Assembly (NCBI RefSeq): GCF_050014615.1 | Contig: NZ_JBEKCZ010000006.1 | Location: 2,175-66,174 of the forward strand | Source of the DNA: Bradyrhizobium sp. | GTDB lineage: Bacteria > Pseudomonadota > Alphaproteobacteria > Rhizobiales > Xanthobacteraceae | Direction: 5' to 3' | DNA: 64,000 nucleotides | Shown here: piece by piece, positions 9,407-19,078 of the stretch | How the letters are laid out: each line of letters starts with the position of its first letter | Position numbering within the stretch: position 1 is the stretch's first letter | Program-made: the position numbers and the translations under genes | Notes under the pieces: generated by a model | What the model saw: the letters and a program-made list of their open reading frames with translations, nothing else | Databases searched by the model: none | Told to the model about the DNA's origin: nothing

Positions 9407-10603
9407 TCAAAACAGCGGCGGCACTTCCCCGACCTTGATCGGGCCCAGATACACCGTGCCGTCGACAAAACGCAGCGGGAAGGATCGCGCCTTCTTGCCC
9501 TCCAGCACCGCTTCCTTGCCGAGCGCGTTGATGCCGGCGGCGACGCCGACATTGACGTTTTGCTTGACCACCTGGCCGAGGCCGGGAATCGCCCGGTCCA
9601 GCGCGCCGAGCAGATTGTGGACATCCTTCGTCTTGACGCCGGGTGCTACGCGATCGAGCGTCGCCTGCGGCACGCCGTCATCGAGCATTTTTTCAAGGCC
9701 GAGCGCCGGAATCACCTTCTCGATGCCGGCCACCGTCATCTGCAACTCGCCGTCGAGACGCCCCTGCGCGGTCAGCCCGAGCGTGCCGGCGGCGACCGCG
9801 ACCAGATCGCCCTGCACGATCCGCGACTGCACGATCTCGACATGCCCGCCGGCGGCCTGAATTTCGCGAAACCGTTCGGGCCAGGGTTTTGGCGCCAGAT
9901 CCTTCAGGCCGCTCAGCATCGTGCGGATGTCGGCGTCGAACGGCTGCGCCAGCAGCGGATGCACCTCCTGCACGCTGCCGCCTTCGATCTTCAGCACGGT
10001 CTCGATCACGGGGCGATCGAGCGGCGCGCCCTCGGCAACACGGCCATGCAGTTCGATATGGGTCGCGCGCGCCAGCGGTGTGAGCGCCGGTCCATTGATG
10101 CGATCGACCGACGGGTCATCGAACACGATCGAGGCGCGCTGCGGAATGGCCGGCAATCCCACCACGCTCGAGCGGGCCGTGCGCCAGTTCACCCGCATCC
10201 AAGGTGTTCCGCCGCGATCGGAGATCGTCGCCGGTGCGGTGAATTCCGCGATCAGCAGTTTCGGATCATAGACCTGCGCGACCACCAGGATTTCGCCCAG
10301 ATTGGCCGTGACCGGCGCCTGCGTCGCGGCCTGCCCCGCGGTCTGCGACTGCAATGAGACGCTGGCGCCGTCGCAGCGGACTTCGAGGCGGAACGGAAAG
10401 CCGGCCACCGAACGTCTGGCGCAATCATAGACCCGGCCGGATTTCGCCTCCTGCGCGCGCCAGGCGTCGGCTTTCACATCGACCTGTGAGGCGGCATAGA
10501 ACCAGAACGCGCTCCACCCCACAGCGGCGATCAGGAGCAGGACGGGCATGATGAAAAGGCGCCAAAGCGGGCGCCGGCGCGGCGCGAGGGTGATATCGGA
10601 CAT
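9407..10603 (-). CDS. DUF2125 domain protein
   Basis: N-terminal TM (WSAFWFYAAS), VAGFPFRLEV motif, usual position beside chaC. Confidence 0.8.
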   Translation of the reverse strand: MSDITLAPRRRPLWRLFIMPVLLLIAAVGWSAFWFYAASQVDVKADAWRAQEAKSGRVYDCARRSVAGFPFRLEVRCDGASVSLQSQTAGQAATQAPVTANLGEILVVAQVYDPKLLIAEFTAPATISDRGGTPWMRVNWRTARSSVVGLPAIPQRASIVFDDPSVDRINGPALTPLARATHIELHGRVAEGAPLDRPVIETVLKIEGGSVQEVHPLLAQPFDADIRTMLSGLKDLAPKPWPERFREIQAAGGHVEIVQSRIVQGDLVAVAAGTLGLTAQGRLDGELQMTVAGIEKVIPALGLEKMLDDGVPQATLDRVAPGVKTKDVHNLLGALDRAIPGLGQVVKQNVNVGVAAGINALGKEAVLEGKKARSFPLRFVDGTVYLGPIKVGEVPPLF

Positions 10604-10692
10604 CGGAGTGCTTTGGCCAATGATTTTGTCAATAAAGCGATGCGCCGGGCCACCAACAGGTTAACGCATTTTCACAAAGCATGAATTTCTGC

Positions 10693-10793
10693 TAGAGCAT
10701 GATTCAACTGCGTTGAATCATGCTCGTCGTCCATCTTCTTGTTTGAGCATGATCTTTTCGGAAAACCGGTTCCCACTTTTCCGGATCATGCTC
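10693..10793. repeat. Palindromic intergenic repeat (GAGCATGATC...GATCATGCTC family), MITE/RIME-like
   Basis: Two nested hairpins: GAGCATGATTCAAC-tgc-GTTGAATCATGCTC and GAGCATGATC...GATCATGCTC. Second copy at 54546..54621. Confidence 0.8.
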
Positions 10794-10807
10794 CAGGCGT
10801 GCACGCG

Positions 10808-11398
10808 ATGTCAGTCGAAATCCCCTCCGAAACGGAACTTTCCGAAGCCGACCCTAAAGCCGATCTGTGGGTGTTCGGCTACGGGTCACTGATGTGGCGG
10901 CCGGGTTTCGAATTCGTCGAGCAGGTTCCGGCGCGGCTGATCGGCGAGCACCGCGCGCTGTGCGTCTATTCGTTCGACCACCGCGGGACGCCGGAAAAAC
11001 CCGGCCTCGTGCTCGGCCTCGACCGCGGCGGCGCCTGCCGCGGCATCGCCTTTCGGGTCGCGGCAGCGCGACGCCGCGACACCGTCGACTATCTGCGCAG
11101 CCGCGAGCAGACCACCCATGTCTATCGCGAAGTGATGCGCTCGGTCTGGCTGGAGAACGAAGCCCGGCAGCGCGTCAGCGCACTCGCCTATGTGGTCGAT
11201 CGCGGTCACATCCAATATGCCGGCAGGCTGTCGCTGGGCGAACAGCTGCGCTACGTCCAGCAGGGGCACGGCCGTTCCGGAAACAACCGCGACTATGTGC
11301 TGTCGACCGTGAAGTCGATCGAGGCGCAGGGCTTTCGTGATCCGCAATTGCATCAACTGGCACTGATGCTGCACGACGACACGCCGCTGCATCGGTGA
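10808..11398 (+). CDS. chaC: Glutathione-specific gamma-glutamylcyclotransferase, ChaC family
   Basis: LWVFGYGSLMW, DHRGTPEKPGLVLGL, YLRSRE motifs. The ORF-track upstream extension runs through a repeat element. Confidence 0.9.
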   Translation: MSVEIPSETELSEADPKADLWVFGYGSLMWRPGFEFVEQVPARLIGEHRALCVYSFDHRGTPEKPGLVLGLDRGGACRGIAFRVAAARRRDTVDYLRSREQTTHVYREVMRSVWLENEARQRVSALAYVVDRGHIQYAGRLSLGEQLRYVQQGHGRSGNNRDYVLSTVKSIEAQGFRDPQLHQLALMLHDDTPLHR

Positions 11399-11428
11399 TG
11401 ACACCCTGAACGACAGGCGCGAACAGCC

Positions 11429-12202
11429 TTACGCCTTCGCCGACACGCGATCGGGCACCCGGCCGAACAATTGCGCCTGCTCGCCGCGCGCGACCTCGAC
11501 CAGCCGGTTGGTGGCGTCTTCGATCACGGTGGAGACCCGCGCGATGAATTCGCGGCGCGACAGGCCTGATGGCAAGGGATCGAGAAATTCGACCACCAGC
11601 GTTCCCGGATATCGCATGAACGTCCGGCGCGGCCAGAACAGTCCCGAATTGAGCGCCACCGGCACGCAGGGCACGCCGCTATCAACATAGATCTGCGCGA
11701 CGCCGGTCTTGTAATGCGGCGGCGCATCGACGGGGGTTCGGGTGCCTTCCGGGAAAATAATCAACTGACGGCCGCGCCGCACTTCCTCGCCGGCGCGGCG
11801 CGCCATATTCAACAGCGCGCGCCCACCGGCGCTTCGATCGACCCCGATCATATCAGACTTGATCAGATACCAGCCGAACAGCGGAATCCATTTCAACTCG
11901 CGCTTGAGGATAAACAGCGGCTGATCGAAGAACTGCAGCAGCGCGAAGGTTTCCCACATCGACTGATGTTTCGAGGCGACGATCAATGGCCCCTTCGGAA
12001 TCTTTTCGAGCCCGCGATATTCCACTTTGGTGTTGCAGATCACGCGCATCAGCCAGATGCTGCTGCGCGCCCAGTTTCGCGCAATGTTCATGATCGCCCA
12101 GCGCGGCATCAGGTAGGTCGGAATCCCCAGGATCACCCAGAATGCCAGCACCAGATAGAACAGCACGTTGTAGACCAGCGAACGCAAGAAGATCGAAACC
12201 AT
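11429..12202 (-). CDS. plsC: 1-acyl-sn-glycerol-3-phosphate acyltransferase
   Basis: SKHQSMWET (HxxxxD/E-like), IIFPEGTR motifs. Confidence 0.88.
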   Translation of the reverse strand: MVSIFLRSLVYNVLFYLVLAFWVILGIPTYLMPRWAIMNIARNWARSSIWLMRVICNTKVEYRGLEKIPKGPLIVASKHQSMWETFALLQFFDQPLFILKRELKWIPLFGWYLIKSDMIGVDRSAGGRALLNMARRAGEEVRRGRQLIIFPEGTRTPVDAPPHYKTGVAQIYVDSGVPCVPVALNSGLFWPRRTFMRYPGTLVVEFLDPLPSGLSRREFIARVSTVIEDATNRLVEVARGEQAQLFGRVPDRVSAKA

Positions 12203-12225
12203 CGAAAACCCGATCAGTTGGCTTG

Positions 12226-12945
12226 TCAGTTGGCTTGAGCCGTGGCCGGGCGGCGCGGCGCGAGGGATCCGGTCGGCTGCTCCGCGAGTTCGGGCGTCAG
12301 TTCGAGACCGGCGTCCGCCAGACGCACCCGCACCTCGGCGGCGACATATTTGACATATTCCGATAGCAGCAGCCGCACCGTCGCGCCACTGGTCCACCAC
12401 GGCTCGTCGCGCCATTTGTCGCCGACCACCGCGAATGGAATCAGCGCGATATCAGGCATCGCGTGTGACAATTCGACGATGGCGCGGGGCATATGATAAT
12501 TCGATGTCACCACGATCAGCGACTTGAAGCCGCGCTCGTGCACCCAGCGCCGCGTCTCCGCCGCATTGCTGCGGGTATTGACGGCGGAGTAGTCAAGATC
12601 GACGCAGCACCCCAACAGCGACTGGTTGTCCGACAGCGACCGGGAAATGTCGCTGGCGGCATTGGTCGGATGGACCCCGGAGATCAAAAGCCGCTTGCCA
12701 TAGCCGTCGGCCAGCAATTCCATCGCATCGGAGACCCGCGACGATCCGCCGGTCAGCACCACGATGCCGTCGGCGTGGCGGGCCGGCTTGATCTCGGCGC
12801 CGCGCAATTGCGAGAGAAACCCGACGAAGCCGATCGCGGCGGCCACGAACACGATCGCCAGCGCCGCCACGATCGTCGCGCGCAGCCAGCTGCGCGCAAC
12901 GGCGATCGGCGGCTTTGGCGATGTATCGTCCGGTGGCAGGTTCAT
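12226..12945 (-). CDS. YdcF/ElyC/SanA (DUF218) family envelope protein
   Basis: IVVLTGG, NTRSNA, VTSNYHMPRA, SEYVK motifs, N-terminal TM. Confidence 0.88.
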   Translation of the reverse strand: MNLPPDDTSPKPPIAVARSWLRATIVAALAIVFVAAAIGFVGFLSQLRGAEIKPARHADGIVVLTGGSSRVSDAMELLADGYGKRLLISGVHPTNAASDISRSLSDNQSLLGCCVDLDYSAVNTRSNAAETRRWVHERGFKSLIVVTSNYHMPRAIVELSHAMPDIALIPFAVVGDKWRDEPWWTSGATVRLLLSEYVKYVAAEVRVRLADAGLELTPELAEQPTGSLAPRRPATAQAN

Positions 12946-13062
12946 GCTGGTCTGGCGATCCTTCCGCGTTCAAGTCTAGAGGCTTTTGCGACGAAGTGGA
13001 GTCCGGCTGGCGCGATATGCCGGCAAACCGCGCCAGTCCAACCCATCTTAGTCCAACCCGTC

Positions 13063-14034
13063 TTACTCAATGTCATCGAGCGTGGCGAACAGCGTTCGCC
13101 GCGACGCCCAGGCGGTGATCGCGGCGATCAGCACCGCCTGCGCCGCCAGCACCAGATAGCCAGACGGGCGTAACGAAAACGTCCCAAGCAACGCCACGAA
13201 CTGGTCCCCGACCGGGGTGCCCGAGAACCAGCCGGCAATCGATTCGGAGAACCCGAACATCAGCATCGCGATGCCGCCGCCGATCACGCCGCCCTGCAGG
13301 CCCAGCCGCAGAAAATGCCGCAGGAACCGGTTCGCGATGTAGCGATCGCCGGCCCCCACGAAGTGCAGGACTTCGACGATCGGGCGATTGGCCGCCATCG
13401 CGCCGCGTGTCGCGAACGATACCGAGATGATGGTCGCGACAATCACCAGGGCCAGGATCCCGATGCCGGCGATGACGGTGGCGCCGGTCATCGACCGCAT
13501 CCGCTCGATCCAGGCACGGTGATCGTCGACGCTGGCCGATGGCGACGCCGCGCTGACCCGGCGGCGCAGCGCGGCCAGGTCGAGCGCGGTTCCCGGCTGG
13601 ACCCGCGCGACAATCACGCGCGGCACCGGCAGATCGTCGAGCGACAATCCGCTGCCGAGCCAGGGCTCCAGCAGTTTGGCGGATTCATCCTTGGTGAATG
13701 GCCTGATCTCGATGATGCCGGACTGCGCCCGCATCGCTTCGGTGACCGCGGCGGTGTCGCGGTCGATATCGCGCCCGGGCGCGGGACGCACCTGAATGGT
13801 GATTTCGCTGGCGACTTCCGACTGCCACTCCGACGCCGACGCGCTGATCAAAAGCACCGTACCGGTGGTAATCGACGCCAGGAACGTCATGATGGCGACC
13901 ACGGCCACCAGTGCGCGGCCGGCGATCGAGGCGCGGGGCACGATCGGCGACAGATTGCGCGCCCGCGCCGGCACCTGCGGGCGCTCCCGCCCGAGATCCA
14001 CCAACGGTCCGTGCTGGTCGTCGGTCCTACTCAT
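13063..14034 (-). CDS. ftsX: Cell division ABC transporter permease FtsX
   Basis: Four TM segments, VEVLHFVGAGDRYI motif, 8-bp overlap with ftsE. Confidence 0.9.
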   Translation of the reverse strand: MSRTDDQHGPLVDLGRERPQVPARARNLSPIVPRASIAGRALVAVVAIMTFLASITTGTVLLISASASEWQSEVASEITIQVRPAPGRDIDRDTAAVTEAMRAQSGIIEIRPFTKDESAKLLEPWLGSGLSLDDLPVPRVIVARVQPGTALDLAALRRRVSAASPSASVDDHRAWIERMRSMTGATVIAGIGILALVIVATIISVSFATRGAMAANRPIVEVLHFVGAGDRYIANRFLRHFLRLGLQGGVIGGGIAMLMFGFSESIAGWFSGTPVGDQFVALLGTFSLRPSGYLVLAAQAVLIAAITAWASRRTLFATLDDIE

Positions 14035-14686
14035 AGATGTGCAGCCGTCCCTGATGCAGCACCAGCCGGCGCGCCTCATACTGATCCATCAGCGTGATGT
14101 CGTGGGTCGCGATAATGACCGCGGTGCCGGACTTGTTGAGCTCGATGAACAGCCGCAACAGACGCCGCCCCAGGGTCGGATCGACATTGCCGGTCGGCTC
14201 GTCCGCCAGCAGCAGATGCGGCCGCGAGATCACGGCGCGCGCGATCGCGGCCCGCTGCTTCTCGCCGCCGGACAGGATCGGCGGCAACGCGTCCATGCGC
14301 TCGCCGAGGCCGACCCATTTCAGGAGATCGATCACCTCCTTGCGATAGCTCGATTCTTCCCGGCCCATCACCCGGAACGGCAGCGCCACGTTTTCATAGG
14401 TGGTCATGTGATCGAGCAGCCGGAAATCCTGCAGCACGATCCCGATCCGCTTGCGCAGATCGGCGATTTCATCCTTGCCGAGCAGCGAGACGTCCTGGCC
14501 GAACAGATTGACCAGGCCGCGGGTCGGCCGCAGCGACAAAAACAACAGCCGCAGCAGCGAGGTCTTGCCGGCGCCGGAGGGGCCGGTGAGGAACTGGAAG
14601 GAATGGGCGGGGATCAGGAAATTAAGGTCGCGCAGAATCTCCGGGCCAAGCCCGTATCGCAATCCGACATTTTCGAACCGAACCAA
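14027..14686 (-). CDS. ftsE: Cell division ATP-binding protein FtsE
   Basis: Walker A GPSGAGKT, LSGGEKQR, LLLADEPTGNVD, IVLQDFRLL. TTG start. Confidence 0.95.
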   Translation of the reverse strand: MVRFENVGLRYGLGPEILRDLNFLIPAHSFQFLTGPSGAGKTSLLRLLFLSLRPTRGLVNLFGQDVSLLGKDEIADLRKRIGIVLQDFRLLDHMTTYENVALPFRVMGREESSYRKEVIDLLKWVGLGERMDALPPILSGGEKQRAAIARAVISRPHLLLADEPTGNVDPTLGRRLLRLFIELNKSGTAVIIATHDITLMDQYEARRLVLHQGRLHIYE

Positions 14687-14891
14687 GCTCAGCTCCGTTC
14701 GATGTGGGGCGCGACCGGAAACCGGAAAACCGCCGCCCCCTCAGCATCCTGGCCGGGCCGCGGCCACGAACCCAACAAAGCGGTTGTGCTTTGGTTATGG
14801 TTTCCGATTCGTTAACGGTCGTCTTGTAGCATTCTATGGCCCCGTTTCCGAAGTTCGCAAACCCTGCCGCATCCTGGTGGAGATTGGCTCC

Positions 14892-15764
14892 ATGCACATC
14901 GTCTGCCCCCATTGTACGACGTCCTATGCCATTAATCTGGCTACCCTGGGCGCGGCTGGCCGCACCGTGCGCTGCTCCCGCTGCAAGGAAGTCTGGCTGG
15001 CGCGGCCGGAAGACGCGATCGAAATCGCCGCCCAGGTCCCCGCCATGGCGCAAGCCGAAAATCAGGATGCCGCCGCCGAATGGGACGCCCTGGCGCGCGA
15101 AGACGGCAGTCAGGAACAGGAAACCCCTGAGGTCGACAGCCCGTCGATATCGGGCGACTGGCCCGACGAAGAAGGCTCGCCCGATTCTGGCAAGGCCGAC
15201 TGGGCGTCGATGGCCCAAGACGACGGAGACGACGAGGCCGCCGGGGCCGCCCGCCCGCGACGGCTGTCGCGGCTGCAGAAGCTCTTGGGACCGGTAGCGC
15301 GCTTGGGGACATCGGGAAAATCCCCCATCGGCCTGCCCACGGCCTGCGCCGCGATGGGCGCGCTGGTGCTGGCGCTGGTCATCTGGCGCGTCGACGTGGT
15401 GCGGCTGCTGCCGCAGACCGCCGGTTTCTACAAGATGGTCGGCCTCGACGTGAATCTGCGCGGGTTGATGTTCAAGGACGTCAAGATCACCTCCGAGACG
15501 GTGGAAGGCAAACCGGTGCTGGTGATCGAGGGCGTCATCGTCGGCGAGACCAGCAAGCCGGTCGAATTGCCGCGGCTGCGTTTCAGCGTGCGCGACGCCC
15601 AGGGCGCCGAAATCTACGCCTGGAACGCGGTGCTGGAGCAGCCGATTCTGCGGCCGGGCGAAAAAGCCTGGTTCAAGTCGCGGCTGGCATCGCCGCCCCC
15701 CGAAGGGCGCAATATCGATGTACGCTTCTTCAGCAAGCGTGATCTGGCCGGCGGCAATATATAG
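14892..15764 (+). CDS. zitP: MJ0042-type zinc-ribbon / DUF3426 bitopic protein, ZitP-like
   Basis: N-terminal CPHC...CSRC zinc finger, acidic linker, single TM, C-terminal Ig-like domain. Divergent from ftsE. Confidence 0.75.
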   Translation: MHIVCPHCTTSYAINLATLGAAGRTVRCSRCKEVWLARPEDAIEIAAQVPAMAQAENQDAAAEWDALAREDGSQEQETPEVDSPSISGDWPDEEGSPDSGKADWASMAQDDGDDEAAGAARPRRLSRLQKLLGPVARLGTSGKSPIGLPTACAAMGALVLALVIWRVDVVRLLPQTAGFYKMVGLDVNLRGLMFKDVKITSETVEGKPVLVIEGVIVGETSKPVELPRLRFSVRDAQGAEIYAWNAVLEQPILRPGEKAWFKSRLASPPPEGRNIDVRFFSKRDLAGGNI

Positions 15765-15803
15765 ACAGGGCCGTCCGGTGCCGCTTGTGAAACAGGTGCT
15801 TCG

Positions 15804-16181
15804 ATGCCGCGCGTGCTGATTGCCGACGATGAAGAGTCCATGCGCACGCTGGTGGCGCGCGCCATCGCCATGGATGGCCACGACACCGTCACCGCCGAAG
15901 ATGGCGCCGAAGCGCTGGAGATCCTCAACCGCGAACACGGCGCGTTCGATCTCCTGCTCACCGACATCCAGATGCCCGTGATGGACGGGATCGCGCTGGC
16001 GCTGGCGGCCGCGCGCGATTTTCCCGATCTGACGATTTTATTGATGACGGGATTCGCCGCCCAGCGCGAGCGCGCCTCCGGCCTCAACGCCATCGTGCAT
16101 GACGTCATCACCAAGCCGTTTTCGGTGGCCGATATCCGCACCGCGGTGGCGGATGCGCTGGCGGCAAGGAAGAACGGTTAG
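15804..16181 (+). CDS. Single-domain response regulator, CpdR2-like
   Basis: VLIADDE, LLLTDIQMPVMDG, LLMTGFA, TKPF. The pattern QRERA...VHDVITKPFS resembles rhizobial CpdR2. Confidence 0.8.
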   Translation: MPRVLIADDEESMRTLVARAIAMDGHDTVTAEDGAEALEILNREHGAFDLLLTDIQMPVMDGIALALAAARDFPDLTILLMTGFAAQRERASGLNAIVHDVITKPFSVADIRTAVADALAARKNG

Positions 16182-16213
16182 GAGAGAGCTTAAACGAGGC
16201 TGCATCCTCGCCT

Positions 16214-16316
16214 CGTCATACCCCGCGAAAGCGGGGTATCCAGTACGCCGCGGCTTATCGATTTGAATACTACTGTCTCTGGAATACTGGATCGCCCGCT
16301 TTCGCGGGCGATGACG
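16214..16316. repeat. CGTC-type REP doublet
   Basis: CGTCATACCCCGCGAAAGCGGGGTATCCAG...CTGGATCGCCCGCTTTCGCGGGCGATGACG, an inverted pair between convergent genes. Confidence 0.85.
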
Positions 16317-16334
16317 ACCGAAGAGGATTGACGC

Positions 16335-18908
16335 CTAATAATCCTTGAGCAGCCGCTCGATGTAATCGAGCTCGATCTGCGGACGCTGCGGATCGGCGAG
16401 GCGGCGGCGCAGTTCTTCCAGAATCCGGCGCACCCGCTGCACATCGATTTCACCGGGAATCTTCACCGTCAGGTCGTCGCCGAATTCGCGCCCGTGCAGC
16501 GGCCGACCCAGGGGATCGCTCTGGTTGCCGCCGCTCTGCTGCCGTCCGGCGCGATTGCCGGGGCCATCGCCCTGGCCGTCGCCATCGCCCTGCTGCATCG
16601 CTTCGGCGAGATTCTGGGCGCCCTTGCGCAGCGCATCCAGCGCCTTGCCTTGGGAATCCACGGCGCCATCGGCATTGCCCTCGCCGAGCTTGCCGCCGGC
16701 GTCGCCCATCGCGCTATCGGCCTCGCCGAGGCCGTCCTCGCCGTCACCGGCTTGCGGATCGCCGTCCTGACCTTGCTGGCCCTGCTGGCCTTGTTGGCCC
16801 TGCTGCCCCTTCTCGCCGCGCTGGCCCTGCCCCATGCCGCGTTTGGCAAGCTGTTCCTGCAATTTCTTGAGCCGGTCACGCAGGCCCTGCTGGTCCTGCT
16901 GCAGGTCGCCCAGATTTTGATCGCCCTTGCCGTGCAGCCGGTCGCGCCGCGAATCCTGGCCCTGCTTGAAGGTCTTGTCGCGCAACTGCTGCTGCTTGCG
17001 GATCATGTCGCCGAGTTCGTTCAGCGCCTGCTCCATGTCGCCTTCGCCGGATTGGCCGGGCTGCGCCATTTGCAGGTTTTCCAGCATCTGCTGCAGCTGT
17101 TCGAGCAACTGCTTGGCGGACTCCTTGTCGCCGGAGCGCGACAGCCGCTCCATGCGCTCGATCATGTTGTTGAGATCCTGCTGGCGCATCACCCTGGTAT
17201 TGGGATCGAGCGGCCGCGCCAATTGCTGCGGATTGTTGCGCAGCTGCTCGGCGAGCTGGCGCATGAAATTGTCCAGCGCGGCGCGTAGGTCCTGGGTGAG
17301 CTTCTTGATCTCTTCGTCGCTGGCGCCGTTTTCCAGCGCCTGCTTGAGCGCCTCCTGCGCGGCCCGCAGGGCCTTGTCGACATCGGTGATGTCGCCATCC
17401 TCGATGGTGACGGCGAGCGCCCACAGGCTGGCAACGACCTCGCGCATGGCATCGTCGGTACGCGCGGCCTCGAGCTGACGCGCGACGCTGTAGAGGCCGA
17501 GATACTGGCCGGTCTCGGGCATGAACAGGTCAGGCGCGATCATCAGCGCATCGAGCGCGTCATAGACCTGCCCGTTCTGATTGGCGTCGAGCGCCAGAAT
17601 ACGGCGCTGCTCGATCAGCGCCCGCGCCAGCGGCTTGGTGAACAGCCGCTCCGGCAGTCGCAGGTTGAACGGCTCGCTGCGGCCCTCATTGCCGGCCTCG
17701 TCCTTGGCCGTCAGGGTCAGCGTCACATCGGCGCCGGCGTAGGGATCCTCGCTGAGATCCTTGACGGTCTGGCCGACGCCATTGCGCGTCCGCGCATTGG
17801 GAAGCACCAGCGGAAATTGCGGCGGCTCAAACAGCGGCCGCGCTTCGGCGCCATCCTTCGCAGCACCCGCGCGGCGGACGAACAGCGCCCGCGCTTCGGT
17901 GACGCCGTAATCGTCCTCGATCTTGTAGGACATCTGCAGCGAGCCGCGGGCCTGCCGCTCCGGATCCTTCGCCAGCGCAATGGTCGGGGTGCGGTCGGGA
18001 ATGGCGCTGAATTTCCATTGCGGCTGACCCGAGGGCGCGCGGACATGCACCGTGCCGTCGCCGGCGATGGTGAAATGCCGCTCATTGGTGCCCTTGGGCG
18101 CCTGCTCGGCCACCACCGCCTCGGTCACGCCACCGCCGGCGACCACGTCGAGCGTGCCGCCGCTGGAGCGCACGATCAGCGTACTGCCCGCCGGAACCGG
18201 CAACGGTCCCGCCGCGGGCAAAGCGGCTTCCTTGTTCGCCGCCGACAGAATGATCGGTGGCTTGCCGGTATAAAGTGGCGGTGTCACCCAGGCATCGACC
18301 CTGACATTGGCCGGCGCCAAAACGCCGTTCCAGTCGAACGCCGCCGCGACCCGCATCACCCGCTCGTCTCCGGCAGCCACATAGGCCGCGACCATCATCA
18401 CCGCGATCAGCGCGCGCAGCGCCCAGGGATCGTGGATCGCCAGCCGCGGCGACGGCAGGCCGGCACGGATGCGCTTGATCGATGCCAAGGTGCGTTCGCG
18501 CTGCGCCTGCCACAGCGCCAGGGCGACCGGATCCTGCGTGCCCAGCGTATCGGTCAGCGCGGTCGCCGGGCGATGGCGAATGCCGGTGCCGCGGTCGAGC
18601 CGGCTCAGGCCCTCCTGGCGGCTCGGCCAGCGAAACCGCAACAGCGGAAACAGGGCGCCCAGCGCCAGAATCACGAACAGGATGAGCCCGATGGCGCGGG
18701 CGAGGAACGGCAGCGCCAGCCACAATCCAACCCAGGATACCACCAGGAACAGTCCAACGACCGTCAAAAGCCGGGCCAGATGCGGCCAGAACCGCTCCCA
18801 CGCGATGGCATATTGAGCCCGCTGCAGGGCCTGTGTTAGCTGCAGCCGTGCGACGGCATCAGGGTCGCGTGCTGGCTCCGACGGGTCGGGGGTGGTGCCG
18901 CTCAACAA
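16335..18908 (-). CDS. TIGR02302 (DUF4175) family membrane-anchored coiled-coil protein
   Basis: WERFWP near the N-terminus, DAWVTPPLYTGKPP, Q/G-rich region, DPLGRP and ELDYIERLL C-terminus. Confidence 0.88.
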   Translation of the reverse strand: MLSGTTPDPSEPARDPDAVARLQLTQALQRAQYAIAWERFWPHLARLLTVVGLFLVVSWVGLWLALPFLARAIGLILFVILALGALFPLLRFRWPSRQEGLSRLDRGTGIRHRPATALTDTLGTQDPVALALWQAQRERTLASIKRIRAGLPSPRLAIHDPWALRALIAVMMVAAYVAAGDERVMRVAAAFDWNGVLAPANVRVDAWVTPPLYTGKPPIILSAANKEAALPAAGPLPVPAGSTLIVRSSGGTLDVVAGGGVTEAVVAEQAPKGTNERHFTIAGDGTVHVRAPSGQPQWKFSAIPDRTPTIALAKDPERQARGSLQMSYKIEDDYGVTEARALFVRRAGAAKDGAEARPLFEPPQFPLVLPNARTRNGVGQTVKDLSEDPYAGADVTLTLTAKDEAGNEGRSEPFNLRLPERLFTKPLARALIEQRRILALDANQNGQVYDALDALMIAPDLFMPETGQYLGLYSVARQLEAARTDDAMREVVASLWALAVTIEDGDITDVDKALRAAQEALKQALENGASDEEIKKLTQDLRAALDNFMRQLAEQLRNNPQQLARPLDPNTRVMRQQDLNNMIERMERLSRSGDKESAKQLLEQLQQMLENLQMAQPGQSGEGDMEQALNELGDMIRKQQQLRDKTFKQGQDSRRDRLHGKGDQNLGDLQQDQQGLRDRLKKLQEQLAKRGMGQGQRGEKGQQGQQGQQGQQGQDGDPQAGDGEDGLGEADSAMGDAGGKLGEGNADGAVDSQGKALDALRKGAQNLAEAMQQGDGDGQGDGPGNRAGRQQSGGNQSDPLGRPLHGREFGDDLTVKIPGEIDVQRVRRILEELRRRLADPQRPQIELDYIERLLKDY

Positions 18909-19078
18909 ACTCTCCAGGTTGCCGAAGCAGCAACCCTAACACAACGGCGGCAGTGAGGCACCTGTCCAGGACGGGGAACCCACACCCGAAAATACGCATA
19001 GCACGAAGGCGTGACGGGGGGACGCCGACCCCGTAACGTCGGTTCCCGAGCCATCAAGGCAAGCCTTAAGGAAACACC

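Noticed and set aside
10660-10676. CtrA box TTAA-N7-TCAC upstream of DUF2125
   Set aside because: The second half-site has two mismatches, too weak without genome-wide scoring.
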